Positions 42,262 through 57,349 of a stretch of 64,000 nt of DNA are shown here, one piece after another; position 1 is the first letter of the stretch, and each line of letters opens with the position of its first letter. A model generated the notes under the pieces. That model did no database searches. It was given only the letters and a program-made list of their open reading frames with translations, and was not told the origin of the DNA. The DNA lies in contig OZ024742.1 of the NCBI GenBank assembly GCA_964016885.1, forward strand, positions 243,412,001-243,476,000, written 5' to 3'. Made by a program: the position numbers and the translations under genes. The DNA is from Eledone cirrhosa. Lineage: Eukaryota.

Positions 42262-42312
42262 AAAACAACATGCAACGGCGCAACAATGAACTCCAGGTAC
42301 ACGAGGGTGTAA
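42262..42312 (+). CDS. FABP/iLBP-family final coding exon
   Basis: TCTTTTACAG acceptor, in frame with the 35582 exon. KTTCNGATMNSRYTRV* fits the FABP terminal strand (xxTCxGVxxxRxYxR*). AATAAA signals at 42700 and 43000. Confidence 0.8.
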   Translation, partial: KTTCNGATMNSRYTRV

Positions 42313-43399
42313 CCAGAAACAAGTACCATCATTATCACTCCACTGACGTCATTTCTTCTCAAATATGCTATCAAGGGACGTTACTCTTTCTTTTAAGAGC
42401 TGCCGTGCCTTGTGTTGTTTATTTTGTTTGTTTGTTTGTTTGTTTTAGCATTGTATTGTTATCCAACGGCAAGCTAACTAATCTATTAATGGTTCTAAAG
42501 AAACAAAGATTATACATTAAAAAAAGTACATGTCTTCTTCTTTCATGCATCATAAACTGCTGCATTAGAGCGCTGGTATAATGGCTGTTATGTGACTGTT
42601 GTGTGAAATAGCCAGTTGCTAAGAGGATATACTGATGACTACTCTCTGCAACCAGGCACGGAGCAAAAAATATTTCAAGCATTAAAAAAAACGCATTCTA
42701 ATAAAAGAACAAAATTGCAATCACACATGCATAAATGAGCTTTCTTTTTGTTATTGCTTTGACATTCTGCACTCGTAAATGAGTCATTCAAAGAAATATA
42801 CTTAGACTTTGGTAAACAAAGGAAAAGGCGTTATGGCTGAATTTCATTAACTAATCACTTTTTAAAGTGTTTTAGCTGTGTAGTATTTCACTTCATAAAT
42901 AAGCAATTCTTAAATGAAATATCTTTTTCTAAAACAATTCCTTACACTCGTATTTTAACCAAGGCAAAGAGATAAACGTTTTGTTTCAGAAAAAAAATTA
43001 ATAAAGTCTTCAGAAAATAGAATGTCCCAAAAATCTACTGTATCACAAATGATCTCTGATTTTACACAGAAATTCGAAGAAATAAATCTTTAAGTACTGA
43101 AATTGGTTTGTTGACACTCGATTTTGTAAATGATTCCTCTTTATTAGTTATGTAATGATATCATTGGAAATGGACAACTTGCTACGACAACATAAGAACA
43201 ATTAATAACTAGTAAAATTGTATAATAATTTCTTTTATTGGCCCCAAAGATCCGAGACGTTGAGAACAGAACACAAGCGAAAAAATAGAGGTGGGTTGGG
43301 ATTTAAATAGGAAACAGTAAAATGGTGAAATCAACAATAAAGACACACATTAATAAATAGAAAACAGAGCAGTCATAAAAAGAAACTTTACAGTGAAAA

Positions 43400-43715
43400 G
43401 GCAACCACTCAAACTCTGGTTACTCTAACACACCAAGTGGCTTTTTCTAGTTCAGACACATAGTTGTAAATTTATTTAACTGCACTAATTTTTCCAGTCT
43501 CACCTACCTTTCATAAAATTTACTTTCCTCTTCAAGTGGCACGTTAAGAAGTTGATGAAGACTAGTCCTGGGGGGAAAAGTTATGAAATATTTCAACTGC
43601 AGCCAACCACACTTCTTTTGCCATAACCAACAGGCAGAGGAAAACTACTCTCTCTTTCTTGCCAGAGGAAGTTGGTAGGTCGATCTTCACGAATGATTCG
43701 TAAGATTTGAAACAC
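43400..43715 (-). pseudogene. Tx1/L1-like LINE C-terminal fragment (same family as 17070-17390)
   Basis: ESFVKIDLPTSSGKKERVVFLCLLVMAKEVW and FINFLTCHLKRKV align with the 17-kb fragment. Confidence 0.5.
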
Positions 43716-43769
43716 GTTATTGTCCTTGTAATTGTGATTATTACCATTATTATTATTATTATTATTATT

Positions 43770-44510
43770 TGGATTGGCAGTATCGGTAGAGGGTCGAATG
43801 CCATGGTTTTCAGCAAAGAGTTACGGTCCTTTATGATCTGAGTTCAAATCCTGCCGAAGTTAACTTTGCCTTTCATCCTTACGAGGTTGATAAAATAAAG
43901 TACCAGTCACGCACTGGGGTCGATTTAATCGACTTTCCCCTCCCTCAAAATTGTTGGCCTTGTGCCTATATAAGAAACGATTATTATTATTATTGAAGTA
44001 AAGGCGACGGGTTGACAGTATCGGTGAGAGCGTCGGACACCATGCTTCGCAGCATAGAGTTACGGCCCTTTAAGTTCTGAGTTCAAATCCTGCCGAGGTT
44101 AGCTTTGCCTTTCATCCTTACGGAGTCGATAAAATAAAGCACCAGTAATTCACTGGATCATTATAATCGATTTTCCCTTTCCCTTCAACTTGCTGGCCCT
44201 GTATCAAAGGTAGAGACAATTATTATTGAAGTAAAGGCGTTGGCTTGGCTTGGCAGTATCGGTAGAACATCGGACAATATACTTTGCGGCATATAGTTAC
44301 GCCTCTTTACGCTCTGAACCAGCTGAGATTAGCTTCGCCCTTCATTTTTACGGGGTCGATAAAATAAAGCACCGGTAATGCACTGTTGTCGATTTAGTCG
44401 ACTTCCCCAACCCCCAAATCAGAAAGCATTATTATTCATGCCAGAGTGGTGGATTAGCAATATTAGACAATATGCTTTGTGGCATAGAGTTATTTCCCTT
44501 TATGCTCTAG
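43770..44510 (+). mobile_element. Head-to-tail array of 3-4 family-B SINEs
   Basis: Each unit starts directly after the (ATT)n tail of the previous one. Confidence 0.85.
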
Positions 44511-45873
44511 TGATATTTATCTCCCGAACATAATCCTAGTTTTAACTTATAACTATACCACGTTATGCTTAGCTTTAGATTCGGTCATTTATCGCGATGA
44601 TATAACAAAATATGTGCCTGTTTTACTTTCAACTCTCCAGCTGCGATGTAGGCAAGAATTATGTCATTTAAACATCACCCCAGCTTATATTGATTCACTG
44701 AATCCATTTGATATAGTTTTGAGAGTTAAGGTAATTATGTGTTATAAAGCTTTCATTGGTGCTTATCTTCCCATGGGAACGGTGAATGGTGGAAACCTTA
44801 GATTGATTGATTAAATACTTTGCGAGAATTACTCATTCCACATAGGGTCCTATGTTCATGTCCCACCGTGGTCGATTTAATATTCTGCTAATGTTTTATA
44901 TATATTTCTCTATTTTCTTTATTGTTGTTGTTTTTTGATTTGCAAAATTCAATACTTTCTTCAAAGTTAAAGTCAGTTTTTATCCCTTAATAAAACACAA
45001 GAATGTCCTTAAATTTGACTTGATCGATATCATTACTGGAATGGAGATGCTGATAAATGCTAAACTGATCTGAACTTAAAGCATGCATTAAATATTTTGG
45101 TTGTTTGTGATGGGAAATATATTCTAAATATTTATATAAACAGCTGCTGGATAAAAAGTATACAGGTTGACTACGTGTTCTTTTGGGAAACATTTCGAAT
45201 ATATATATATGACACACATGAGGAGTTCCACAGAAATTCCTGTTAGGCTCCGTTCTCTCAAGTGTTATACGAAGAAGAAGAACCAATTGTTTTACTGACT
45301 AGGAGCCAAATTCATCGCATACTAACTTTTCAGACAAATCAATATTTACAGAAAACCTCGTCGTCACATCTACTGCAGAATATGTGCAACCATGTAGTTT
45401 GTATATAGAGATGGAAGTTCTTAATAGTTCTTCTAAAGAGAATAGCTGACATTGTCAGTAGTTCTTTTATAAATCATAATTATATTGAAGCAACATAGCT
45501 GTCTAACCTTCCAGAAGCTAAATAAGTTGTATATTGAGATAAATTGTCGTTGGTGGTGTTGTTATTGCTATTGTTGTGGTTCTACTTATAGCAACACCAT
45601 CCTTTCTATATCTAAACTGCATCGTTTGATGCGTTCTTTCTTTTTTAAGAAGTTGGTGTCAGAACAGAAGAAGATTAAATTGTTGTTTCTAACAGGTCGA
45701 GTGACCTCGTAAAGACTCGTTCATGTGGTTCCAATTGAGGAAAATAGTTGAATTTAATGATGTTTATGAACTACGTCAGCATATGAGAGGGTGCTGAAAA
45801 GTTCCTGGCTTTAAGGTTATCGCGAACGCTTAAAGCGGGTATTTCTACAGTGGGGGGGGGGGGGTAGGACAAC

Positions 45874-46184
<311 letters not shown>

Positions 46185-46199
46185 ATTTATATATATATT

Positions 46200-47268
<1,069 letters not shown>

Positions 47269-47272
<4 letters not shown>

Positions 47273-47443
47273 AAAATGTTTAACCCCGACGGCAGAGTTC
47301 AAGCCGTTTCGACGGCTATTTCCAGAAACGGCTTGAGATCTGCCGTCGGGGTTAAACATTTTCCTATTACCCACTCTACTACCCTAAGTATTGATTACTC
47401 TGGTGCGTTATGGTCCATCTGGTTCCTTACCACACCTCCTTCG

Positions 47444-47445
<2 letters not shown>
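47269..47445. repeat. Fold-back mini-element (family of 1133-1356)
   Basis: Palindrome at 47269-47366 plus the homologous tail, flanked by (TA)n. Confidence 0.85.
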
Positions 47446-47503
<58 letters not shown>

Positions 47504-47824
47504 TAAAACATGTCTATAGAATCACAAGATAAAATATATACTATTTCCTCTCCCAATTAGCATAATTAACTATATAAAAAATCGAATAGACCAGGCTATA
47601 CGAATGAGGCTTCTATGAAGGAATCTCCAACAAATAACCAAAACTAGCGCTTCGCGTCGGCCGCATTGGAATATTTATCGAATATTTCGACAGCGTAATC
47701 GCCTATAGACATGTTTTATGATATATAGCTCTGATTGTTTAATTTATTAATTTTTCATTGAGCCAAAAAGTGACCAGTTGCAAAACACGTATATGTATGT
47801 GTATGTATATATATATGTAAACTT

Positions 47825-47879
<55 letters not shown>

Positions 47880-47882
<3 letters not shown>

Positions 47883-48070
47883 GTAGTAACACAACCATAC
47901 GGAGAACAATTGTTTCACCTTATGCGGATCTTCAGCTCGGACTGATAATGGTTATACGGAACAATTGTTCTCGGTATGGTGAACTAACTGTGTGTTACAA
48001 CATCTACCAAACTCGTCCCATGGACTGAGTGCTCTACTACTACGGATATTACCTTCCAGTGTTCTACCTT
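47880..48070 (-). repeat. Fold-back mini-element with a hammerhead motif (about 47902-47940)
   Basis: Minus strand reads gag-CTGAAGA-tcc[gcataa]ggt-GAAA-caattgtt-ctc. Positions 48005-48068 are the reverse complement of 7882-7945. Confidence 0.65.
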
Positions 48071-48540
48071 TATATATATATATGACCTTAATGTTTTTTT
48101 TTACTTTTCGCACCATTGAGTAACACTTGCTGTGCGGCAGCTAAAACTTCGGTTTATATATATATATATATATATATATACATACTTAGTTGTCCTACCT
48201 CCCCTGTAAAAGTAACAGTTCAACACTTTTGTGATACCCTTAAAGCCAGGAACTTTTCAGCACCCCCTCGTATGATGCTAAGATACAATTTAAATGCTAG
48301 TTTGACATCTAACAACCCGAAAGAAATGGAAATTTCACGACAAAATATTGCTTTTATTTAAAAAGAAACTGTTTCAAGCTGTATACCACCAAATACTTCA
48401 TATAACATGTTCTCTCACAGCACTATAACACACATTGTTGGATAGTAAAATTCCAACCACGTAGATTTTACACCAAATATCGCAGTCAATTTTGATCACT
48501 CCCTTAAAAAACAAAACATGGCATTTCTCTCTCACTCTCA

Positions 48541-49415
<875 letters not shown>

Positions 49416-49460
49416 TTTCTTTCATAAGTGAGACATGTATTATCTGCAAAAACAAAAAAC

Positions 49461-49491
<31 letters not shown>

Positions 49492-50522
49492 AGAGAGAGA
49501 GGGGGGACATACAAGAAAGGCTTGATGAGAAAAAAAATATTATCTAATTATACATTTTACACGTGTTTCATTATTGAGTTATGTCATTGTCTACAGGGTT
49601 GTTAGGAGATATTGAAATTTCCGATCATTCATGCATTACGTTAGACATTATACGGCAACAATTCTTCAGAATGTATATATATATATATATACATATATAA
49701 ATAAAAAAGTAAGTCCAAAGAATCATTAGATAAAATATATAGTATTTCTCCTCCCAATCAGTATAAATCAACCACAAAAAATCATTTAAACTGTACTTAT
49801 GAAGAAATGATAGACAAATGATATAGCTTCTTATCCGCGATGTACAGCTACAAAAAATTTACCTAATATTTCTATTAGCCTGTAGAAATTGACTAGACAT
49901 ATAGTTAACTACACATAATTAGGAACAAAATCAAAGTTAGAAAAAAATGTACATAAACTTTACCAAAATCTTCATAATATCTCTACTACCCTGCGATTTC
50001 GTTCACTTTTTGGGTATATCCGGTCTTGGATAAATCAACGAGGTTTAGAACTCATCAGGAGATAACTCAATTGGACAAAGATTTTTCTACAATGATCCCC
50101 GCCAGAAACGAATTCAAAATGGCTAAGAATCATCACGTGGCTAGTGGTCAAGGCAGAAAGTTTGTGATTGGTGCCTGTCGGCGAGTAGGCTGGTTGTTAG
50201 AAAGCGCAGCCGAATACTGCCTAAAGTTTTACTCAACCTTACGGGAGTATATAAAATTTAAAGGGTATATACATATAAACTACATATATAAGTTTTTGGC
50301 AACCATTCACAGTGTGGCTCAATGAAGAATTAATTAACTAATTAATAATCAGAGCAATATATTAAAAAAGTAAGTCCAAAGAATCATTAGATAAGATATA
50401 TACAGTATTTCTCCTCCCAATCAGTATAAATCAACCACACAAAAAATCATTTAAACGAGGCTATAAGTTTAATATGTACTTATGAAGAAATAATAGACAA
50501 AATATATATGTATGTATGTATG

Positions 50523-50618
<96 letters not shown>

Positions 50619-51268
50619 AGTTAATATAAATTAATATATTTGATAAACACAAATACCAACATATCTATGTTTGTATTGTAAATGACTAAGTTAGCTAGAT
50701 TGAAAAATACTAATTATAATAATACAGTTTGCCTGTCTCGATTTAAAATAATAAATCAATAAAAACAAAGTATATTGGCAAATGGCCGTGGTGCTTGGAC
50801 AAATTTAAATTTCAAAATCAAACCTGTTCCGTAGACTGGTTTAAACCTTAAAATCCAAATAAGTTTCGAAAAATGAAAGTGAAAGAATACCGCATTTCCA
50901 TCTCCTCAGCAAGCACCAGAAAAATTGGTATGTTTCACTTCAAAATATTTTAAAAGACTGTTTAACGCACATGGTATTTCACACATGGCCATCCAGTGTC
51001 TAGCTACCTCATACTCGTGCGGCTAGAAATAACAGCCGTTTATATGGGGTTAAGTTTAGCTCTACGTAAGGAGCAGTGATACTATTAATAATGAGTTCAA
51101 ATCTCAGGTAGTCTTTTACAATGAAATAGCTCAAAGAAAGAAGTATTTCTGAGCCGTGTAATACAAGTTAATATAAATTAATATATTTGATAAACACAAA
51201 TACCAACATATCTATGTTTGTATTGTAAATGACTAAGTTAGCTAGATTGAAAAATACTAATTATAATA

Positions 51269-51344
<76 letters not shown>

Positions 51345-51428
51345 ATAAATTAACGGAGGCATAGGCCCTCGCTATTCCCTGTAAATAATGTGCTCAAAGG
51401 AGAAGAGATCCTGAGCTCTTTAAAATAC

Positions 51429-51560
51429 AATATGTTGAAAAGATAACACACCAGAGAGAGATATACAGTGCGTTATCAATAATACAGGCTGGTTTTTTCC
51501 CCTGTTTTATTGATAACGCACTGTATATCTCTCTCTGGTGTGTTACCTTTTCAACATATT
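51429..51560. repeat. Hairpin with about 60-bp arms
   Basis: Direct complementarity of the two arms. Confidence 0.85.
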
Positions 51561-51567
51561 ATATATA

Positions 51568-52194
51568 TAGGGAGTGTAACGTGCAGTTACTGTAGGTTTA
51601 CCAGAGGGAGTACTCGATGCGTAGTTTGCAGAGGTGTAGAACTAAGCAGAGTGTAAATATAATAATAAAAGGACGATTTGTTATGTCTTCATTACGTTTA
51701 TTGAGTAGTGACGCGCGTTTCGCTATGGATCAGCTCAAGGTTCGATTTGTATCGATCTGGCTCGACTCTGGAATCAAAAGCTCGTCGGACCTCTGCTGTG
51801 GTAATGACAGAGTTGGGCCAGATCAATACAGATCGAACCTTGAGCTGATCAGTAGCGAAACGTGCGCCACTACTCAATAAACGTAATGAAGACATAACAA
51901 ATCGTCCTTTTGTGGATTGGCAGTATCGGTAGAGGGTCGGACGCCATGCTTTCCAGCATAGTTACGTCCCTTTGCGATCTGAGTTCAAATCCCGCCGAGG
52001 TTGACTTAGCCTTTCATCCTTACGGGGTCGATAAAATAAAGTACCAGTAATGAACTGGGTAGTTGCTGGCCTTGTGCCTAAAGTAGAAACAATTATTATA
52101 TTTACACTCTGCTTAGTTCTACACCTCTTTACAGACGGCAAACTACGCATCGAGTACTCACTCGGGTAAACCTACAGTAACTGTACGTTACACT

Positions 52195-52199
<5 letters not shown>
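51568..52199. mobile_element. MITE with about 100-bp TIRs hosting a 245-bp palindrome (51667-51911) and a family-B SINE (51912-52095)
   Basis: TAGGGAGTGTAACGT... / ...ACGTTACACTCCCTA, flanked by TA. Confidence 0.8.
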
Positions 52200-52243
<44 letters not shown>

Positions 52244-52301
52244 CATACATACATATATATTTTGTCTATTATTTCTTCATAAGTACATTTTAAACTTATA
52301 G

Positions 52302-52362
<61 letters not shown>

Positions 52363-53158
52363 ATAATAATAAATTTGAAGCTAAAATCCAAAGAGGGCTC
52401 GATAAGGATAAATATATATCAAATATATAAGAACCGTAGAGCAAATATTTATTAAAATAACAGATTAAAGTTTAAGCAAAGAATCGCTGCTTTCACCCTT
52501 AACGGGATCTTCTGAAACTAACAAAGTCAATCTGTGAACGCGGAAGTGAATATTTCAAAAAACGTTGCAACCGGAGGAAGACAGGAAGACGATACTTTGG
52601 TTCGTGGAAACGTTCCCTGGCAAAGAACGGGAAAAAACGAATATAATACGTCATTATTTGGAGCGGTTTAAAACAATTACACGCAAAGACAAAACCACGT
52701 TTATGGTATAAAAGAAGTCGTAGAATAATATTCTATTGGTGGTTCATAGAGACGTTCTCTGGCAATGAAAGGAAAAAACGAAGATAATACGTCATATGTG
52801 GAGCGGGGAGAACAATAGCACACAAAGACAAAACCACGTAAATGGTATAACTGAAGTTGTAGACTAAAATTCTAACTAGGAAACCGAATGATTCTCGGCT
52901 TCAGAGTTAAGAATAAAGTAAATAAAATACAGAGGTAATCGAAATTAAATGAATACATACACGCATCTATATACGTACATACACAAGCATACGCGAAAAC
53001 ACTCGCCATAGGTATACAAATACACGCACGTACACACACAAAAAAAAACAAAAAAAAACCCGCACGCACATACAGAACCCACGCAACGCCTGTACCTGCA
53101 CGCATACGAATGTATACACCAAATACACATAAAATCATATATAAAAATATATATATTA

Positions 53159-53263
<105 letters not shown>

Positions 53264-53677
53264 TGTATACATATAATTAAATAAACGTATAAAATAAATA
53301 AATACGTATATAACAAGCGCACACACATACCTACATGTAAATACACATATGTTCGGAGACGTACGTCAACCAAAACACGAAGTACACATATACACACACC
53401 CTACATACGTACGAACCCGCATACTCACACAGACGCAAAACTCACGTATACACATAACCAAAAGCATATGTACCAGAATATATAATATATACGCCAAAAC
53501 ACGTACAATCAAATATACGTACGAGGAAGTATACGTACCTTCACAAAACATACAGGTAATATATACTTACCTATACAAATAAGTAATGGTATAAACATAA
53601 CATATACTTAGCTACCACATCAAGACGTAAAATATCCGCGTATAGTTCGTACTATCCGTTAGGGTAAATGTGGGGCT

Positions 53678-54784
53678 CTAATACAGGAAAGTTTTGTGCA
53701 ATTTATGTTTACAAGCCGAAATTGCCTCAGATTTTTTGTTTAAGATGTGGTCTTTGGAGTAGAGTATTTCCAGAGCCTCAGCGGCGCAGAGGTCACATGG
53801 TCTTTTATTTCCGTTATACGATCTAGCTCTAGCTAGGATCTCCCAGTGTAACTTATATTGGATATGGTTGTCTTTTAGACTCCAGATATAAGCTGAAAGT
53901 GACGTCATATTCCTTCTTAAAGGATAACGAAAAGAATGGGTATGCATGTAAAGACGCTGCTTGAATCTATTGGCGGTTAATCCTATCTAGGCCCTACGGG
54001 TCGTGGGTGTTTCAACCTTACATTTGTAGACAATGTTACTAAAGAGGCATTTCCCGGATAGGGGGCAGTCAACCCGGTTCCTACAATTACAGTTAGTACT
54101 AACTACAGGGTTGCACGTGTTCCTACGGCTAGGTAGTTTAGCTAAATTTGAAGCTGTGATGTTATGTGGAAGGTTAGGAGTCGTAGAGTAAGATATTTTA
54201 ATAGTATTTCTATTTTAAATGTTACTATATTTATGTGTAGGGTAAAAATGCTTCGTAATAAGGAAGAGAAAGATCTTAGCTAATGGTGTGGCCACCTCCA
54301 TATTATATGGTGGGTTATACCATATAATGCATCGGGATCTATTTCTTCTAGGTCTATTCTCGTACTCTGTATATGCTACCTTATCGACAAATCCACTCCG
54401 AGCAAGAGCTTCATTGTAATATGTGGAATGGTCGTTGAAAATATGCTCGTTAGTAGATAGACGGGAAAGCCTCAAAGAAACGTTACTTACCAGGTTCTTG
54501 GTTATGCTGGCAGGATGGTTAGAAAGCTTACTTATGTAATTAAGCGTATCATTCGGCTTTCTATACGGGTAATGAAAGCCATTCGATAAATTGAGGGTAA
54601 CGTCGAGGTAATTAACAACAGAGAGGTTGGCCTCAACCTGTATGGAGAGGTTGAAGCCTTTAAAGAAGGCTGTGAGTTCTTTTCTGAACCTGTCGCAAGC
54701 ACGTGGGCCGCACTTAGTCATGGTCAAAAGACCATCATCACGGTACAAACCACCGCCCACTATTTGGCTCCCTCGGTTGAGCAC
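53678..54784 (-). pseudogene. Penelope-like RT plus GIY-YIG endonuclease (Naiad-type)
   Basis: GLYRDDGL, NYLDVTLNL, PYRKPN, SNHP, IIWYNPPY. Reading through TAA (54215) and TAG (53987) gives CNCRNRVDCPLSGKC (CxCx5Cx5C), NIVY...*IGLT, CDLC and CKH. Confidence 0.9.
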
Positions 54785-54804
54785 TCTATTGACTTATATT
54801 CATC

Positions 54805-54915
54805 ATGCAGAAACAACATCTGAATATTTCTACAAAGAACATACCCGTACCAAGCAGGAAGAAATACCTAAAACTCCTGATACAGAAAACAGACGCGTTC
54901 ATTAAAAGGCTGCGG
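54805..54915 (+). pseudogene. Inverted N-terminal fragment of a Penelope/Naiad ORF
   Basis: MQKQHLNISTKNIPVPSRKKYLKLLIQKTDAFIKRLR matches the SxKNIPxP...FIKRxR N-terminus of this group. Confidence 0.7.
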
Positions 54916-54941
54916 CCATGCTGGGGCACTGCCCTTGTAAG

Positions 54942-55019
<78 letters not shown>

Positions 55020-55269
55020 ATATATATATATGTGTGTGTGCTATCAGCTATCAGCTTATTTTGCCTCGGTACCGAGTGAGTAAATACCACTGAAGATGGG
55101 CAAAGATCCTAAAATACTATTATTTGGCGTTCTCGTGGTTACTGGGGTAGCTGAGACATGATCATAATTTAAAATACCCATGACGAGGAACATCTATATC
55201 TATTATACTTAAACATATTGTATATGCTTTCATATATGCATCTATTTTGAATCACGGCATGTTAGTCAT

Positions 55270-55487
55270 AGTGAAGGCGCGTGGCTGAGAGGTTTGAGAA
55301 TTGGGTTCGCAATCGTGAGGTTGTGAGTTCGATTCCCAGACCGGATGATGCGTTATGTCCTCGAGCCAGACACTTTATTTCACGTTGCTCCTTCTACCTG
55401 GATTTGCGACCGATAGATAGTATTAGCAATTGGGAAGACCAATGGAAACATTGTTTCCTCGGTCCGATTTGACGAAAGTCAATCGAC
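55270..55487 (+). mobile_element. Family-A SINE
   Basis: Close match to 6647-6862. Confidence 0.85.
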
Positions 55488-55575
55488 TGTCGAAGTTAGT
55501 GTTACTGCTAATTGTTATGAATGTATATATATGTGTGTGTACATATATATTTTAGTATGTTTTTATATATACACG

Positions 55576-55629
<54 letters not shown>

Positions 55630-57349
55630 TACTACATGCATGCATGGATGGATGCATGCATGATGGCTGCAAACTCTGCTAAGAGTATTGCAATCGCTTG
55701 TCAGATTACAGAGTTTGGAGCACGTTTAGGCTACGACCAGCGACACGAACCTGTAACATACTCTGAACAAGCAATGTCTGTGCTTTGAAGGGTTTTTTTT
55801 AGTGGGAAAAGGCCTTCCACTCGACGAATCCCACTCTCTGAGCATCGAAAACACTACCCAAAAAGGAGAACTGGTCAACATCATCGGATGCTTCCGAAGC
55901 CGCAGGGTTTTTTTGGGGTTTTTTTCAGAGTTTCCCTCTCCTATAAAGGTGATGTATTTCATCGCTCTCGAGTGCTACTGGTAACATGTAACCCAATACA
56001 ACCTGTCTCATGGTCGGTTCTTCGACTACTAAACCGGCAACCCTACCAAGCTTGCTTGGTGAGGAAGGTGATATTTGGACACATACATACATACATACAT
56101 ACATACATACATACATACATACATACATACATACATACATACATGATGATGGCTGCTCCTCGTTATCGAGTATGGCACGATATAACATTAATTATCAATT
56201 AATGCTATCGTGCAATGCCTGTGCGTGAAGATTATTTTTAAAGTGAGGAAAGACTGTGCACTGAGCCAATCCCACTCTCTGACCGACAGTAGCTATAACC
56301 CGAAAAGAAGAAAAAATCAACATCATCGGTAACTACTAAGCCGCAGGTTATTTAAGTGGGGAAAGGCCTTGCAGTCGACCAATCCCACTCTCTGAGCATC
56401 GAAAACACTGCCCTAAAAGGAAAACTGGTCAACACCATCGGATGTTTACCGAAGCCGCAAGTTTTATTCAGAGTTTCCTTCTCCTAGAAAGGTGTTGTGA
56501 CAACAACTGGGGACCTTTCACTCCATACATACAAACAAACAAACAAACAAAAGAACGAAAAGAGCAATCAACACATAATGCGGTCTTTGAAAATATTTCT
56601 ATTAATCGTTCGACTTATTTTTGCATTACCGAAAGTTCCGTTACACATAAATACATGTAATTCTTCAGATACTTTCGAAATAATTATCGAAAACTGGATA
56701 TGTGATTGCTCAAAACCTGCTATAGAGGACATATATATTGAAATCAGCAAGTAGTGAAATAATTGAAATAATCAAATTAGAATAGATATATCATAATGTT
56801 AATTATATAAGGTACATTTGATGAAAAAACTAAAATTGCAGTCTCAATGCCTGCAAGTTCTTCCATGCTGCAGAGAAACCTAGCAACTATACAACAGCTA
56901 TAAGAAAAGAGAGAACACATTCCAATAATGGTATAGGAGAAAATCCCCGGTTTTGACTGGACATGGGTTTTGCACCTATGATTGGTTGACCGTGCGTTTG
57001 CCTTTCCAAGGTACATACCTGGGCCGGATGTTTTGTGGAAGGCCAGCAATCGCCCATGCATGCAAGTGTCTCTTATCCAGGACACTGATATTATCCAAGA
57101 GAAAGGTAATGGTTAATACAGCTTGATAACCTGTTTTCGCAACTAATTTATTTTCCAACAGAGTGGGCTAAAGCAACATAGAATAAAGTGTCTTGCTCGT
57201 ATGACACAGCATACCGCCCATTCGGGGAATAGAACTTATGACTTTGTGATTGCGAGCCCAGCACTATAACCAGTAAGTCTCGCGTCTCCACACCAATGTG
57301 GATATACTTATGAGAACGAGACAGAAGGAACTAATGATAATGCTGGATT

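Noticed and set aside
42219-42581. 120-aa ORF overlapping the last FABP exon
   Set aside because: It is in a different frame and spans intron and 3' UTR. The spliced frame gives the recognisable FABP C-terminus.
53678-54217. Selenocysteine read-through in the Naiad ORF
   Set aside because: The in-frame stops are TAA and TAG at non-cysteine positions, so they are ordinary nonsense mutations.
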